A stretch of 35,517 nt of DNA, taken from positions 1-35,517 of the forward strand of contig JBAXBF010000001.1 of assembly GCA_037142095.1 (NCBI GenBank). The letters are read 5' to 3'. The stretch comes from Chloroflexota bacterium (lineage in GTDB: Bacteria; Chloroflexota; Anaerolineae; Anaerolineales; DRKV01). Numbering within the stretch: the first letter of the stretch is position 1; every line of letters begins with the position of its first letter. Position numbers and translations under genes: made by a program. Positions 35,266 to 35,517 of the stretch are shown here, one piece after another. The notes under the pieces are model-generated. The model was not told where the DNA came from. It ran no database searches and saw only the letters and a program-made list of their open reading frames with translations.

Positions 35266-35517
35266 TCACGATGATTTTTTGCGTTTGGGAGGGGCAGGGG
35301 ATCCTCCCAAACCATCGAGCAAGTGGAGAATCGCCAGTTGTGGGTGGCAGCCCAGCATTTTCGGACCCGCATAGCGCATCACCTGGCGAACTTTTTCTTT
35401 CATTGCAGGGGTATAGCAGTGAACCGGGCATTTCTTACAGGTTGGTTTGTCGTCACCGTAGGGGCATTTTTTCAACCTGAGCAGGGCATAATCGAGGTCC
35501 GCCTGGCATTCAGGGCA
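35266..35517 (-). CDS. nitrous-oxide-stimulated-promoter (YgbA_NO) family Cys-rich protein, 5'-truncated by the window end
   Basis: The frame stays open to the window edge: CPECQADLDYALLRLKKCPYGDDKPTCKKCPVHCYTPAMKEKVRQVMRYAGPKMLGCHPQLAILHLLDG. This fits my memory of the YgbA-like family. The ATG at 35475 in the track is probably internal. Confidence 0.7.
   Translation of the reverse strand, partial: CPECQADLDYALLRLKKCPYGDDKPTCKKCPVHCYTPAMKEKVRQVMRYAGPKMLGCHPQLAILHLLDGLGGSPAPPKRKKSS

Noticed and set aside
34941-35372. 143 aa minus-strand ORF and other antisense or alternative-frame ORFs within prfB (34468-34689, 34816-35142, 34954-35178).
   Set aside because: They are shadow frames of prfB and have no independent signals.

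Overview
This 35.5 kb window looks like ordinary chromosomal, mostly housekeeping DNA from a bacterium of about 45% GC. Gene content, T-box use, Pro/Thr-rich linkers and lamin-tail-domain proteins suggest a Chloroflexota/Anaerolineae-like or other monoderm-type lineage, but I cannot confirm this without a database search. I found no rRNA, tRNA, CRISPR array, transposase, integrase or phage gene, and no recognisable defence island.

Gene order: ABC ATPase plus a large permease::M1-aminopeptidase fusion; a YqhA-like membrane protein; a zinc-ribbon membrane protein; rpsF-rpsR; a parvulin PPIase; an SH3b membrane protein; a hypothetical; (minus strand) PP2C phosphatase with an OmpR-type response regulator; purB; (minus) rpsA; a ChlD/BchD-like AAA+ module and a VWA module in different frames; (minus) a SIMPL protein; a GH-like lipoprotein plus a LysM-M23 peptidase; a Trp T-box leader plus trpB2; a Cys-cluster protein plus a DUF4032 kinase-like protein; atpA-atpG-atpD-atpC; mreB; (minus) a triple lamin-tail-domain protein and an FmdB zinc ribbon; ftsY; prfB; and a partial YgbA-like gene.

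Main observations:
- prfB carries the classic CTT-TGA-C +1 frameshift that the ORF track misses.
- A well-formed tRNA-Trp T-box controls a stand-alone trpB2.
- A ChlD-like gene is split exactly at an A10 homopolymer.
- Five genes have a -10 box 6-9 nt upstream of the ATG and no Shine-Dalgarno, which suggests leaderless mRNAs.
- atpA has an insertion of about 40-50 aa.
- The ABC ATPase is translationally coupled to a 13-TM permease fused to a probably extracytoplasmic M1 peptidase.
- A two-gene operon encodes two uncharacterised families (YkgJ-like plus DUF4032).

I see no clear-cut novel multi-gene system. The candidates above are ranked honestly as moderate. All family calls rest on motifs read by eye and recalled family signatures, not on searches.
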